IMG/VR virus record: IMGVR_UViG_3300012685_000001
Coordinates: 32,001-96,000 of that record
Source of the DNA: a virus
Strand: one strand, 5' to 3'
DNA length: 64,000 nucleotides
The notes beneath the pieces are model-generated. The model was not told where the DNA came from and made no database searches. It saw only the letters and a list, made by a program, of their open reading frames with translations. Every line of letters begins with the position of its first letter. The first letter of the stretch is position 1. The translations under genes were made by a program, and so were the position numbers. Positions 1-9,701 of the stretch are shown here, one piece after another.

Positions 1-1
1 C

Positions 2-568
2 TGTATTAGTTCCCCAGAAACGATACTTAAGTTTGAATTCTAAAAGTCTGTCCCTGTCATGAGGATGCCATGTAGGAAAACAATAAGCAGAGTTAAGAGG
101 GAGGATACGTACTCGTCCAGCATGATTGTTGCTTGCTTCATCAACCCATGCAGATTCATAAGCCACCTTAACGAACGAATCTCCAGAGACACCCCCTTGC
201 TGACCCATCTCCCAAGTAACGGCCTTCATGTTGTTATCCATCTGCCAAATTCTCTTCAGCAGTGCGGGAACAATGTGGTCGTACTCTTTGACAGTGTCAA
301 AGGAAATGCCTCTGGAGAAACAGAAGCTATTTATATAGTCGGCAAAAGCCTGCACGTAATTGAAAGTAAGTTGTGGATCACCGAACTCACGACGAGTTCC
401 CCAGTGATGACCTAGATACCATGCCCAGTATTCTGCATATCTATTAAGACGTGGACCATGCATTTCAAACTCTTCATCAGAAAGTTCGACCAGACCTAGT
501 GGCGAAATCGCAATAGCTAGATCTGATGCTGCGGCTCTCATTGACGGAGAGTAGAAAGTCATTGACAT
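2..568 (-). CDS. Portal protein, N-terminal part (runs off the window edge)
   Basis: Not in the ORF track; translated by hand: MSMTFYSPSMRAAASDLAIAISPLGLVELSDEEFEMHGPRLNRYAEYWAWYLGHHW...GGVSGDSFVKVAY...GRVRILPLNSAYCFP. Resembles SPP1-gp6-like actinophage portals and lies downstream of the terminase. Confidence 0.75.
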   Translation of the reverse strand, partial: MSMTFYSPSMRAAASDLAIAISPLGLVELSDEEFEMHGPRLNRYAEYWAWYLGHHWGTRREFGDPQLTFNYVQAFADYINSFCFSRGISFDTVKEYDHIVPALLKRIWQMDNNMKAVTWEMGQQGGVSGDSFVKVAYESAWVDEASNNHAGRVRILPLNSAYCFPTWHPHDRDRLLEFKLKYRFWGTNT

Positions 569-626
569 TTAAGTACCTTATTCTTCGAATTAATATCTCT
601 ATGCGTATAGGGTATCACAAACTTAG

Positions 627-959
627 TTAATTCTGATCTCCAATAACAGTTATATAGATAACATGTCCTGCACCCACTGTTGTAATTCCTAAAAGACCTA
701 ATACGGCAACAGTGGATTGATAGGCCACACCACCAACAGAAGTCGTGCTCAAGGAAGATACAGCAACTTGAATTGCGTTGGACAAGGTGTTATTAGTCGC
801 TAAGGAACTAGCTTGTACGCCATGTACGTGAGTAAGACCTGCATTGGAAATGTCTACAGTGAATGTACCGTTTGACGCTGTGGTTGCTGTAGTGTGTACC
901 AGCATTGGACTTTGCGTCAGGTTTCCAGATTCATCTTCTACAAAGAAATCAAAAGGCAT
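627..959 (-). CDS. Virion structural protein (T/S/A-rich beta protein)
   Basis: ORF track; composition; follows the fibre-like gene. Confidence 0.5.
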   Translation of the reverse strand: MPFDFFVEDESGNLTQSPMLVHTTATTASNGTFTVDISNAGLTHVHGVQASSLATNNTLSNAIQVAVSSLSTTSVGGVAYQSTVAVLGLLGITTVGAGHVIYITVIGDQN

Positions 960-971
960 GTTAACTCCATT

Positions 972-3569
972 TTAAGGGTTAGCGAATCTAGCTACTGTAA
1001 AGAACTGAGCTTGTCCAGTGTTATTAAGAGTAGTGGCATTCTTTACTGATGTGATATAACCAATAAGTGTTGCCTGACTACCAATAAGATCTGGATTAGG
1101 AAGGTAAACTTCCTGACCAATAGCAGCATTGGCAGCAGCTAGGTTGGAATATAAAACCTGTCCGTACTGGATAACAATCTGAGTTCCAGCAATACCTGTA
1201 GGAAGTAGCCATACTCTATGGATGGCTGCGTTGGCATTAGCCCCTAGAGCTGTAATAGTTCCACCAACATCATAGTTAGCTACATCAAGAGTAGTACGAG
1301 TAGCAGACTGTGAGTTAGTATTCTGCGTTACATATCTAAATGTAGCACTGCTCTCTACAGGGTTACCAACTAGATTAGGTGTCTGTACACCACCATTAGC
1401 ATAGTTATACCCTGCCGCAAGTTGCGTACCTACTGCCTTAGAGATATTTAAGTTAGCACCATTTGCAGAAACTCTATTCCCTGATACAGAGAAAGAGCCC
1501 ATATTTAGGAAGATACCCCATAGAGTATCTGTGTCATATGGCAGCAGAACAGGGGCGGATAGTACGTTGTACAAGTTACCTGTACCTGTGGTTCCCCATG
1601 TTGTCCCCAGAAGAATATTGGCTCTACGCTGGAGACCTGTTAGCGGAGTAGTCTGAGACAAAATAGTTCCAGAACTATTTGCATACCAGTAATTAACTGA
1701 CTGAGAAAGCTGTCCACCAGAAAGAGTGACTGTCTGAGCATTAATAGTTATTGGCGTAATTATAGGAACAGTAGGAGTGGTGTGATAATCAACCACATAA
1801 CCACTGGCAGCAGTGATATCGAAAGCATTCAAAATGCCACCATTTTGTGTCATTACTCCACCGGAATAAATACCAGAGCTAGCAAAGGTTGGCAAAATAT
1901 TCCATGCTGATGCTGAAGAAGATGTAGCTGTAGGACTACTACCATAAGCAGCTGTGCCTGTTATAGCTACTCCATTAATCTTTGCCACAGTTGGATTAGG
2001 TAATGTTCCTGAAAGATCTCCAGCTACTGTCGGATTCTGCCATGAAGCAGCAGAAGTTGAATTGGCAGAGATTATCTGACCAGATGCAGGAGTTCCTGTA
2101 ATGGTAATTCCATTAACCTTAGCTACTGTAGGAGCTGGATATGATCCTGAAAGATCTCCAGTAGCCAGACCATTCGGAGGTAAAGTTGTTGGTAGCTGTC
2201 CAAACGCAATAGCGTCAGTTGCCAGAGTTGCATTTGCAAGACTTGTGATCTTCTGACTTCCCATATTTACGGATGCTGTAGGAGCAGTCATTTGATCTAG
2301 TCTATTAGTGCGAACCACTGACTGAACATTTGCAGTATTGGACAGAGTAGGAGCTGGATATGTTCCAGTTAGATCTCCAGTGGCAGCACCATTAGGTGGC
2401 AGTGTTGCAGGGATCTGCCCGAATGCCGCGCTATCTGTAGCTGCTGTTCCATTAGCAAGAGAAGTTAATTTCTGGCTATTCATAGGTACTGAGGTAGTAG
2501 GAACATTGATCTGGTTCAGAGTGGGCATTGCGTGAATATGCCCTGCATCCGCTACAGAACCTACAGCACCTGCTGACTGTGTTCCCAAAGGCGCTATATT
2601 GCCTCCTGTGGAATTAATATTCGCAGTGGCAGAGTTTCCTAGGGCAAGAGTTGTTCGTGCCCCAGCGGCCGTTGTAGCGGCTACTCCACCCTGTGCCAAC
2701 GGTAATGGTGAAACTAGATGAGTAGCTATAACTGTAGGAAGTACCGCAGTTCCACCTAAGTCATTAGCCAACTCAACAACACCTTGGATAGAAGTGGTAG
2801 CTGGAGGCAGATTGCTTGGGTCAACCGGAGTTGCCAGACTAATGGTATTTCCTGCAAGGCCTAAACCTATACCAACATTAATCAATCCAGGAGATGTGAA
2901 CTGGGTCCAATTGACTGCTGTAGTTCCTACAACATACGGAGGAGTTCCGACTACTACCCAACCAGAACCGGTATTCGTTGTTCCGTGATTAATAAATGCC
3001 GCAGCCGCAGAAAATTCTGCCGCCTGATCCATATCAGTGGCACGAGTAAGAATATAAGCAATACCTACAGTTCCTAGGGTGGTCAAAGTATAGATACCAT
3101 TATTGGCTGGCAGTACTTCATTTTTAACCATAATTCGGTCGTTTAATAAAACAGTATAGCCATCAATAATAAGAGCACCCAAAGTTGTAGCAGTAAGGGT
3201 AGCTCCTACACCCAATGTGCCATTGGCATATGTGTTAGTTGGAAGAGCTACAGTTGTTCCTACAGCTACAGAGTTCTTTACTGCTATACCAGCGGAGATA
3301 CCATCAGCATATCCTTTAGAAGCAGCATCTCCGCTACTACTAGGAGTAGGTACAATAACGCGGTCAGTAAAAGTTTTAATCCCAGAAACATTCTGATCAG
3401 TTGTCAGATCTACATAATTTTGTGTAATGCTACCTGTTCCACCCTGTAAAACAGGTAGTGGGGCAGTTAGATTTGTAGACTTAACTGTTGGTGAGGGATA
3501 AGCACCTACAAGATCACCACTTGCAGAACCTGTAGGACTACCTCCGCCAAAACTACCTCTGGTAGACAT
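972..3569 (-). CDS. Large fibre-like structural protein with internal repeats
   Basis: Five (G/N)DLxGxxxxPT(V/L) repeats and two 'M.SQK.TSLAN.T.ATD..AFGQ.P.TLPPNG' stalk-like repeats; likely start MSTRG at 3569. Confidence 0.65.
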   Translation of the reverse strand: MSTRGSFGGGSPTGSASGDLVGAYPSPTVKSTNLTAPLPVLQGGTGSITQNYVDLTTDQNVSGIKTFTDRVIVPTPSSSGDAASKGYADGISAGIAVKNSVAVGTTVALPTNTYANGTLGVGATLTATTLGALIIDGYTVLLNDRIMVKNEVLPANNGIYTLTTLGTVGIAYILTRATDMDQAAEFSAAAAFINHGTTNTGSGWVVVGTPPYVVGTTAVNWTQFTSPGLINVGIGLGLAGNTISLATPVDPSNLPPATTSIQGVVELANDLGGTAVLPTVIATHLVSPLPLAQGGVAATTAAGARTTLALGNSATANINSTGGNIAPLGTQSAGAVGSVADAGHIHAMPTLNQINVPTTSVPMNSQKLTSLANGTAATDSAAFGQIPATLPPNGAATGDLTGTYPAPTLSNTANVQSVVRTNRLDQMTAPTASVNMGSQKITSLANATLATDAIAFGQLPTTLPPNGLATGDLSGSYPAPTVAKVNGITITGTPASGQIISANSTSAASWQNPTVAGDLSGTLPNPTVAKINGVAITGTAAYGSSPTATSSSASAWNILPTFASSGIYSGGVMTQNGGILNAFDITAASGYVVDYHTTPTVPIITPITINAQTVTLSGGQLSQSVNYWYANSSGTILSQTTPLTGLQRRANILLGTTWGTTGTGNLYNVLSAPVLLPYDTDTLWGIFLNMGSFSVSGNRVSANGANLNISKAVGTQLAAGYNYANGGVQTPNLVGNPVESSATFRYVTQNTNSQSATRTTLDVANYDVGGTITALGANANAAIHRVWLLPTGIAGTQIVIQYGQVLYSNLAAANAAIGQEVYLPNPDLIGSQATLIGYITSVKNATTLNNTGQAQFFTVARFANP

Positions 3570-3868
3570 TAGACACCAGCTTGAATTGTAAATGTACAAG
3601 CTGTTGCTGTAAGAAGTCTTACTTCGGTATTTGATGTAATCCCAGTCGCAATCTCCGGTGGAAGTTTAGGATTATTAACAGCGATAAAACTTTGTGCTGG
3701 AACGAAGAAGCATTCGTCTCCACCAATTGTTGGATCTACTCCGTCAAAACGAGCCCACATATCTGCGGAACCACGGTTGACTACTTCGATAGGTCTATAC
3801 CACGATGTAAACGTAACTGTAGTAACGACATTACTCACAGTAGTTCCACTGGTGATGTGAATAGCCAT
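3569..3868 (-). CDS. Small beta-sandwich virion protein, paralog 1
   Basis: Shares 'SGT...T...F..Y...I.V..RG....W.R.DG..P.I..D' with 3947-4249. Confidence 0.55.
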   Translation of the reverse strand: MAIHITSGTTVSNVVTTVTFTSWYRPIEVVNRGSADMWARFDGVDPTIGGDECFFVPAQSFIAVNNPKLPPEIATGITSNTEVRLLTATACTFTIQAGV

Positions 3869-3946
3869 AAGGCTCTCCCAAAATTGTGGGGGATGGATAG
3901 AGGAGAGTCCAAATAATGGGTCTAATTAATTTCTGATAGTTTCTCG

Positions 3947-4249
3947 TTAAGAACAATATATCGTGAAAGGAACAGCAGTATCAGAAATAAGTTGAATACT
4001 GGTTCCGCTAATCACGCGAGTAATGGGTTCTTGTGTCAGAATCCCATTAGGAAAAGTCATAGCCTGTCCTGGAAGAACAGGAAGATTGTCATCAGCAAGA
4101 ATTACTGGAGCTGTTCCATCCGTACGTAACCAGATTGTTCCAGTAGTTCCACGATGTATAACAGTAATATTTGCAAAATACTGTGGAAAATCAACAGGTG
4201 TTGCTGTATCTATAACCAAAGTACCCGAGTGCGCTCTGCTCGCAGCCAT
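3947..4249 (-). CDS. Small beta-sandwich virion protein, paralog 2
   Basis: Visible similarity to 3569-3868 and 4450-4839. Confidence 0.55.
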   Translation of the reverse strand: MAASRAHSGTLVIDTATPVDFPQYFANITVIHRGTTGTIWLRTDGTAPVILADDNLPVLPGQAMTFPNGILTQEPITRVISGTSIQLISDTAVPFTIYCS

Positions 4250-4256
4250 ACTATTC

Positions 4257-4439
4257 CTATCTCATATCGACTACTGAAGCAGTCTGGTCTACTGGATACT
4301 GTTCTTGGATATCACTGATTGATGGTAGTTTTCCACCACTGTATTGAAAATTATGTCCGGAGATACCAGTTATTAGCTCAACTGGCTCTCCGGACAATTC
4401 AGTATAAGCAGCTTTACGTCTGTCATAGAAGACTGTCAC
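4257..4439 (-). CDS. Hypothetical protein
   Basis: ORF track; fills the operon gap; GGAG SD. Confidence 0.5.
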   Translation of the reverse strand: MTVFYDRRKAAYTELSGEPVELITGISGHNFQYSGGKLPSISDIQEQYPVDQTASVVDMR

Positions 4440-4449
4440 TGCTTACTCC

Positions 4450-4839
4450 TTAACTATAAACTGGAAGTGTTCCAGGATCTTCAGCCAGATCGACACTGAA
4501 CGGAGCAGCTAGATCAGAAATTACAGAAACCTTTGATCCATAAGCAGTAAATGCTGTGGAAGCAGAAGGATCTGTAGCTAGAGGAGTAGTTGTAGAAAGG
4601 GCAGGGCGAGGGAAGTTGTTCTTAACTGCAACACTCACAGAACCACTGGCAGGAATTCTTACAGAAGCTGTGTCGTTACCATTAACGGTAGCAGTTGTTC
4701 CATCAGTAGTTACAGAAAGAGTTCCAGCCACGGTGCTAGGAGCGGTAGCAGTAACAATAATATACTTCTCCCAGCCAGTTAAAACAGCAGGAGTAGCTGT
4801 GCTGGCTACTAGGGTTCCGCCAATTGCGTGTACGGCCAT
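4450..4839 (-). CDS. Small beta-sandwich virion protein, paralog 3
   Basis: 'GGTLVASTATP...TDGT...VISD...PF' shared with its neighbours. Confidence 0.55.
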   Translation of the reverse strand: MAVHAIGGTLVASTATPAVLTGWEKYIIVTATAPSTVAGTLSVTTDGTTATVNGNDTASVRIPASGSVSVAVKNNFPRPALSTTTPLATDPSASTAFTAYGSKVSVISDLAAPFSVDLAEDPGTLPVYS

Positions 4840-4871
4840 AATTCACGTCCAAAATAATAAAGGGATAGTTA

Positions 4872-5144
4872 TTAAGAGATGGCCTTATCCACTGCGTCAT
4901 CAGCAGCATCAACAGCCTGTACCGCTACGTCTACATCAGAACGTAGGGTATCTGCAATAGCTTCTACATGAGAAGCAGCAGCATGAATGTCAGTAGAGAT
5001 AGCATGCTTTAGACCATCAGCTACCTGAGCTTGATGAACTCTATTGAATACTGCCTCCAACTTTAGAACAAGTGCGTGAAGATCTCCTTCAGCCTTATCC
5101 TTCAAGGCAGTAAACTTTGCCTCTAGTTCGTTAACAAAAGTCAT
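4872..5144 (-). CDS. Hypothetical helical protein
   Basis: ORF track; SD present. Confidence 0.6.
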   Translation of the reverse strand: MTFVNELEAKFTALKDKAEGDLHALVLKLEAVFNRVHQAQVADGLKHAISTDIHAAASHVEAIADTLRSDVDVAVQAVDAADDAVDKAIS

Positions 5145-5153
5145 TTTAATTCC

Positions 5154-5360
5154 TTAGTGTCTAGCCACAGCGGCATTAAACCACATGACTGTTTGATCCA
5201 AATTAGTAAGAGCCAATGACTTCTCTCGGCTTTCAGGAGCATTCTCATCCATCCATAATGCCAATTCTAAAGCCTTGGCTCGCATCGCTTCATAAGTAGC
5301 TGCGGTTATCGAAGTCGATGGATGAAAAGTAAATCTGTTCCATAAATCTGCGTGATCCAT
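5154..5360 (-). CDS. Acb2/Tad1-like helical-hairpin protein (putative anti-defence nucleotide sponge)
   Basis: Motif 'F.FH...YE.MR.KA.ELA......PESREKSLALT.L...VMW.NAAVAR', as recalled for the Acb2/Tad1 hairpin family. Confidence 0.6.
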   Translation of the reverse strand: MDHADLWNRFTFHPSTSITAATYEAMRAKALELALWMDENAPESREKSLALTNLDQTVMWFNAAVARH

Positions 5361-5382
5361 TTAATATTCCTTTATAAATTTC

Positions 5383-5820
5383 TTAGTCCGTAATTACAGC
5401 TGCATGTAGTCTTTCATAACGTCCACCACTACGATTTACTTCTTCAAATCTACGTGCGGAAGTAGCATCTACATGTACTCCGTGCATAAACTCTCCAGTC
5501 ATACTTGCAGAATCCAGCCAAGCGGCAGAACCAACATGTGCACGAGCTGCCATTGTTTCCTCTGCTGTCTTGATAAACACAGGCTTATTGTGATTAGGAC
5601 GTCCAGGTGCAGTTACATAACCCTGCATAGCTCCAAGTTGGAAACCACTAGGAACGTCAGTATCTGTCGCCAGACCTTCCTCAAAGCGCAAAGGTCCACG
5701 ACGCTCTGAATTAGTTGCACTCTTGGCTTCGTAATTAACTGCGCCACGATCTCTTTCTGGGAAAGTAGGATTTGGGGCAAGTTGAACGTTGCTTCCTGCT
5801 TCCTTATACATATCTGCCAT
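5383..5820 (-). CDS. Conserved terminase-adjacent hypothetical protein
   Basis: ORF track; 'RGPLRFEEGLATDTDVP' block; AAGGA SD. Confidence 0.6.
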   Translation of the reverse strand: MADMYKEAGSNVQLAPNPTFPERDRGAVNYEAKSATNSERRGPLRFEEGLATDTDVPSGFQLGAMQGYVTAPGRPNHNKPVFIKTAEETMAARAHVGSAAWLDSASMTGEFMHGVHVDATSARRFEEVNRSGGRYERLHAAVITD

Positions 5821-5866
5821 ATTAATTTCCTTAAGTTAAAACACTAGTGTTAATTAATGATATCAG

Positions 5867-7453
5867 TTAAGAACGCTTTCTATCATAGAACGGATTGTTC
5901 GAGATCTCCACTTCCTCAGTCTTATTCTCAGGAATAACGCTCAAAGCAATAGCCAAAGAATCACAGTAGTCGTCATGAGCATTGACTTCCTTTGGTGCTT
6001 CCGCCAACATATATGGTCCTTCGAACTTCACCTGTAAATCAGACATCTGCTGAATGAAGTTCCTATATGTACGCAAATTCTTAGTCTTGGCATGAGAAGG
6101 CCATCCAATGCGCCCTCTGTCCAACATCTCTCTGAGGTATTTCCATCTGTCAGACTGAGCTGGTCTCTGAGAAGATACATCTACTACTTCTATATGTGGT
6201 AATAGCACTCTAAGTCTGGAGATAAAGATATCTCCCATTCCTCCTGCGTCTACTCCAATGGCCCAAACATTATATTTGGATACAAACTCAACAATTCTAT
6301 GATACTGGGATTCCCAGTCCATACCTTGTAGGTCCAACCAGTTCAATACACGACAATTATAATAACCGTATTCATCTTGATGATCCCAGTCCACAAATAC
6401 GGCAGTAACAATAGTACTGTCGATCTTACGTGCAGGATCAATACCAATAATAATAGGAGAAGTGTAATAAGACTTAACCACCTGCATTGATTTGTCCCCA
6501 AGCTCGTCAAGACGCTCAGAGGTTGTAAACATTCCTTGTTCCAGTAGCCATAGCAGACGATAAGAAAGCTTGAACTCATCAGAGTCGTAGCCCATACGAA
6601 GCATGTCTCCAGCTACAGCCTTCTCGTATCTCTTGTTCCACTTTGAAACTTCTCTGTAATCGGCTTCAAAATGATTAGTACGAGCACCACGCTTTGTAGC
6701 ATTACGCTTGTTGTGCTGAATCTCTCTATAAAAAACTCCCTTTTCATATGTAGGAGTTCCAGTCATACAGAAAGTACCATTGGTAGAAGCAAGCATTGGG
6801 CGAATAGACTTGTCTACTACCTTTTGATCAGCTACCTGAGACTCATCTAGAAGGGCAATATGATATGTCTTACCTTCAATATTGGCGCGAGGGTGAGCAG
6901 TTTGCCTTCTTACTAAAGAACCACAGCGTTCCAGCCGCATTTCTGAGCCACGCCCTCTTACCTTCTCATCAATAGAGGAATCAGAAAGAATCTCTTTCGC
7001 TCTCTCAGATTCAAACATAGAAACAATACGAGAATAAAGAGTTTTGGCCATGTCATCTACAGGGGCAAAAGCACCAACCCAGACACCTTCCTTGAAGTCT
7101 TCCAACAGTTCGCTGAACTGAGGAACCTTTGCAAGGCGGGGAAGCATAATCATAAGAGTAGCTACTGTTACTGCTACCGTTTCAGTCTTTCCAGACTGAC
7201 GGGAAAATAGGGCTGTTACAGTAGCTCCGTCATTAATAACGACAGATTCCATAAGTCTGGCGGCAAAAGGTCTCTGATACCCATAAAGAGGATGCCCGGA
7301 CAGTTCGTCTGCGAAAAGTAATAATCCTTCTACAAGTTTATCGACGAAGGCTTGAGATCTAGGATCAAGATCAATAGTGATTTTCTGGTGTGCTTCAAGC
7401 TCTTCTGCGGTTAATTCATCTAAATCGATATCAGTTTCCATATTATTCTCCAA
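5867..7453 (-). CDS. terL: Terminase large subunit
   Basis: Walker A SRQSGKT, Walker B LLDE, motif C TGT, RNase H-like nuclease GIDPA...HDDYCDS. Confidence 0.92.
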   Translation of the reverse strand: MENNMETDIDLDELTAEELEAHQKITIDLDPRSQAFVDKLVEGLLLFADELSGHPLYGYQRPFAARLMESVVINDGATVTALFSRQSGKTETVAVTVATLMIMLPRLAKVPQFSELLEDFKEGVWVGAFAPVDDMAKTLYSRIVSMFESERAKEILSDSSIDEKVRGRGSEMRLERCGSLVRRQTAHPRANIEGKTYHIALLDESQVADQKVVDKSIRPMLASTNGTFCMTGTPTYEKGVFYREIQHNKRNATKRGARTNHFEADYREVSKWNKRYEKAVAGDMLRMGYDSDEFKLSYRLLWLLEQGMFTTSERLDELGDKSMQVVKSYYTSPIIIGIDPARKIDSTIVTAVFVDWDHQDEYGYYNCRVLNWLDLQGMDWESQYHRIVEFVSKYNVWAIGVDAGGMGDIFISRLRVLLPHIEVVDVSSQRPAQSDRWKYLREMLDRGRIGWPSHAKTKNLRTYRNFIQQMSDLQVKFEGPYMLAEAPKEVNAHDDYCDSLAIALSVIPENKTEEVEISNNPFYDRKRS

Positions 7454-7483
7454 ATTAATCTCAATAAATCTATTGTACCTGAG

Positions 7484-7512
7484 TTGACAGTGAGCACTAC
7501 ACCTTCTAGACT
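7484..7512 (+). promoter_or_regulatory. Sigma70/HrdB-type promoter
   Basis: TTGACA-17-TAGACT. Confidence 0.75.
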
Positions 7513-7543
7513 TCCCGTATCACCCACTATCAAGGAGAACATC

Positions 7544-7774
7544 ATGGACAACAACCCATTTGACAACATGCAATCGCAGCATCACGGTTCTGAATTCGTT
7601 CGAATAGCAGCTGCTACATTTGTTGGGGCATGGATTGGATCTCGTCTGGACAACACACAATTCGGCCGATGGTTCAATACAAGCAAGTTCATAGGTCTAC
7701 TATTCAAAATAATTGGTATATACGTTCTGTACCTTGCTGGTGTATTTATTTACGAACTGATCAAGATTTGGTGA
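7544..7774 (+). CDS. Small membrane protein, opposite to the operon, with its own promoter (moron-like)
   Basis: AAGGAG SD; two hydrophobic segments. Confidence 0.65.
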   Translation: MDNNPFDNMQSQHHGSEFVRIAAATFVGAWIGSRLDNTQFGRWFNTSKFIGLLFKIIGIYVLYLAGVFIYELIKIW

Positions 7775-8021
7775 TTCTTTCTTCTATGACTTGCATAGCA
7801 GCAAGAAGAGATGTAGCTCCTATCCTTATATCTTCTATATTAATGAGAGCCTGATCCTTTCCACTAGGGGTCAGGCTCTTTCTCATTTCTGAAACATTCT
7901 GACCCAGGGCAGTATGAATATTATCCACCCAACGAATTAACTCTGTATCTGATGTCTTGCGTAGTCTATTGAGTAACCTTGTTCTTATCTTCTCATCAGG
8001 TTTCATACTTCTATTGAACAT
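7761..8021 (-). CDS. Hypothetical protein
   Basis: ORF track; coupled to 8021-8374. Confidence 0.6.
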   Translation of the reverse strand: MFNRSMKPDEKIRTRLLNRLRKTSDTELIRWVDNIHTALGQNVSEMRKSLTPSGKDQALINIEDIRIGATSLLAAMQVIEERITKS

Positions 8022-8374
8022 TAAATATCCAGGGCTTCTACTAGTAGTTCTTGCTGTTCGGCCGAAAATTGATTCTTGATCATTGTTCTTCTTATATGCA
8101 CTTTCTCAGCAGAAGAGAACTCATTGTCAGTCATCTGACGGCCTTCCAATGCCTCAAGGAGCATCTGTTCCTCTGTACGGCTGGTAGAGCGCCACAGACC
8201 TACTACAAGGCCCTGACGACACCATGGGATACGTACTATAACTGAGTTAGACCACCGGTATGGTGCCTCAACTTCATGAGAAGGATATCTATGAAAAATA
8301 GGAGATTTCTTTTCCAGTTTAATTCTATGTACGAATAGTGGTCCCAAATCATGCTTCTTATTATGTATAGCCAA
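8021..8374 (-). CDS. Hypothetical protein
   Basis: ORF track. Confidence 0.55.
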   Translation of the reverse strand: MAIHNKKHDLGPLFVHRIKLEKKSPIFHRYPSHEVEAPYRWSNSVIVRIPWCRQGLVVGLWRSTSRTEEQMLLEALEGRQMTDNEFSSAEKVHIRRTMIKNQFSAEQQELLVEALDI

Positions 8375-8375
8375 A

Positions 8376-8831
8376 CTAAATCAATCCTCTTGTATATGGG
8401 AACGAGTTAAGTCTTGAGTTGATAAACCTTCCAGGAGACTGCGCCCTCTGAAACTGCCACCACACTGACGGGGGAACATTGTAGTAAGTATAGTACTCTC
8501 CATTTCTGAACTTTATACGAAGAGACTGACTTCTCTCGTCATATCCTGCCGCAAGAGTTCTCGGTCTTCCAGGATTAATTGTAGGAGTCGGCTGATAAGG
8601 AAGCAGTTCATCGTCATCTCCATTAAGAGCCAATTCAATTTCTTGATATAAACGCCCGTCTGCAATACGTGCTGATTGAGCCCTGATGGCGTTTATATCA
8701 AGATAAGAAGATGGAACTACTCTATTCGTCTCAGGAACATTACCCAGAAAGGTATTGTCCCATGCTGACCCAGCTCTTCTTGTAGGTGGTGTAAGTCTGG
8801 GAATTCTGCTGGAAGCTTTTCTTCGCGCCAT
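8376..8831 (-). CDS. KTSC domain protein
   Basis: 'AAGYD...LRIKFRNG..YTYYNVP..VW..F..A.SPGRFIN'. Confidence 0.85.
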   Translation of the reverse strand: MARRKASSRIPRLTPPTRRAGSAWDNTFLGNVPETNRVVPSSYLDINAIRAQSARIADGRLYQEIELALNGDDDELLPYQPTPTINPGRPRTLAAGYDERSQSLRIKFRNGEYYTYYNVPPSVWWQFQRAQSPGRFINSRLNSFPYTRGLI

Positions 8832-8894
8832 TATTTCTCCTTAAAATAGAAATATCCCCACACCCTAGATACTACAGGGCTGGGGATATTTATT

Positions 8895-9107
8895 TTATTG
8901 CTGCACTGTCCAACCTGGATTCAAGTCATCAACAGTGTCATGAGGACAATTAGGCCCCTCATAGTGAACACCATCCAGATACATACAGGAAAGATGTTCT
9001 TGTGCTGTTAGATCCCAAGGAACTTCCTGGGCAGAATGAGCTGTCCAGCTTTCTTCTCGCCAGACATCTCCTTCATCATGTACTCGTCGATAGAAATTGA
9101 TTGTCAT
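8895..9107 (-). CDS. Hypothetical protein
   Basis: ORF track. Confidence 0.45.
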   Translation of the reverse strand: MTINFYRRVHDEGDVWREESWTAHSAQEVPWDLTAQEHLSCMYLDGVHYEGPNCPHDTVDDLNPGWTVQQ

Positions 9108-9513
9108 GGATGAAACTCAAATCTGGTGGTGCGTATGTCGACGGCTTCAGTATCTTGCCAAATTCATTACGCTTAACTGTACCATCAGACTCAGCCTTGG
9201 ACATATTCGACTGATGAACTACTTGAAACACTTGTTCTAGAGGTATATCCAATTCCTCAGCAGTTCCATAGACTACATAGAGAAGGTCAGCCAATTCCTT
9301 AGCCACTTCCTCCTTAGCCCCATTCAGCGTACTGGAAGTTTCATTGAAGAATGTGGACTCCATATATTCTAGGGCATCAATTGTTTCTCTGGCCTCTTCT
9401 GCAATAAGATTGATCCTACGAGTCAATTTCATAGGCAGAAAATCCTTGCTCTGCTCTGGAACAAAAGTACTATGAAACTCTTGCAGATCTCTCATAGGTG
9501 TATGACTAAACAT
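9076..9513 (-). CDS. MazG-like / PRA-PH NTP pyrophosphohydrolase
   Basis: 'EEARE...KELADLLYVVYG...VHQSNMSK...GKILKP'. Confidence 0.85.
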   Translation of the reverse strand: MFSHTPMRDLQEFHSTFVPEQSKDFLPMKLTRRINLIAEEARETIDALEYMESTFFNETSSTLNGAKEEVAKELADLLYVVYGTAEELDIPLEQVFQVVHQSNMSKAESDGTVKRNEFGKILKPSTYAPPDLSFIHDNQFLSTST

Positions 9514-9701
9514 CAGTAAACAGCCTTTCCGCACCACGTGCATTGTGTAGCCAGTCCTGGAGGTTTATCATGTAAATTTAACCGATGTCGTATTTTTCTG
9601 GTAAATACATAAACTCGGAACCATAACCAATAGGTCCAACTAATTGGATCAGCTTCGTCACCAGACCATGGGCACTTAATCCCTAATACTGTAGGAGTCA
9701 T
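9513..9701 (-). CDS. Hypothetical protein
   Basis: ORF track; start/stop overlaps on both sides. Confidence 0.5.
   Translation of the reverse strand: MTPTVLGIKCPWSGDEADPISWTYWLWFRVYVFTRKIRHRLNLHDKPPGLATQCTWCGKAVY

Noticed and set aside
59-415. Plus-strand 118-aa ORF
   Set aside because: Antisense shadow of the portal gene.
5867-7453. Intein or intron in the terminase (also checked by eye in ThyX and RecA)
   Set aside because: Lengths are normal and motifs contiguous; the HNH and EndoVII genes appear free-standing.
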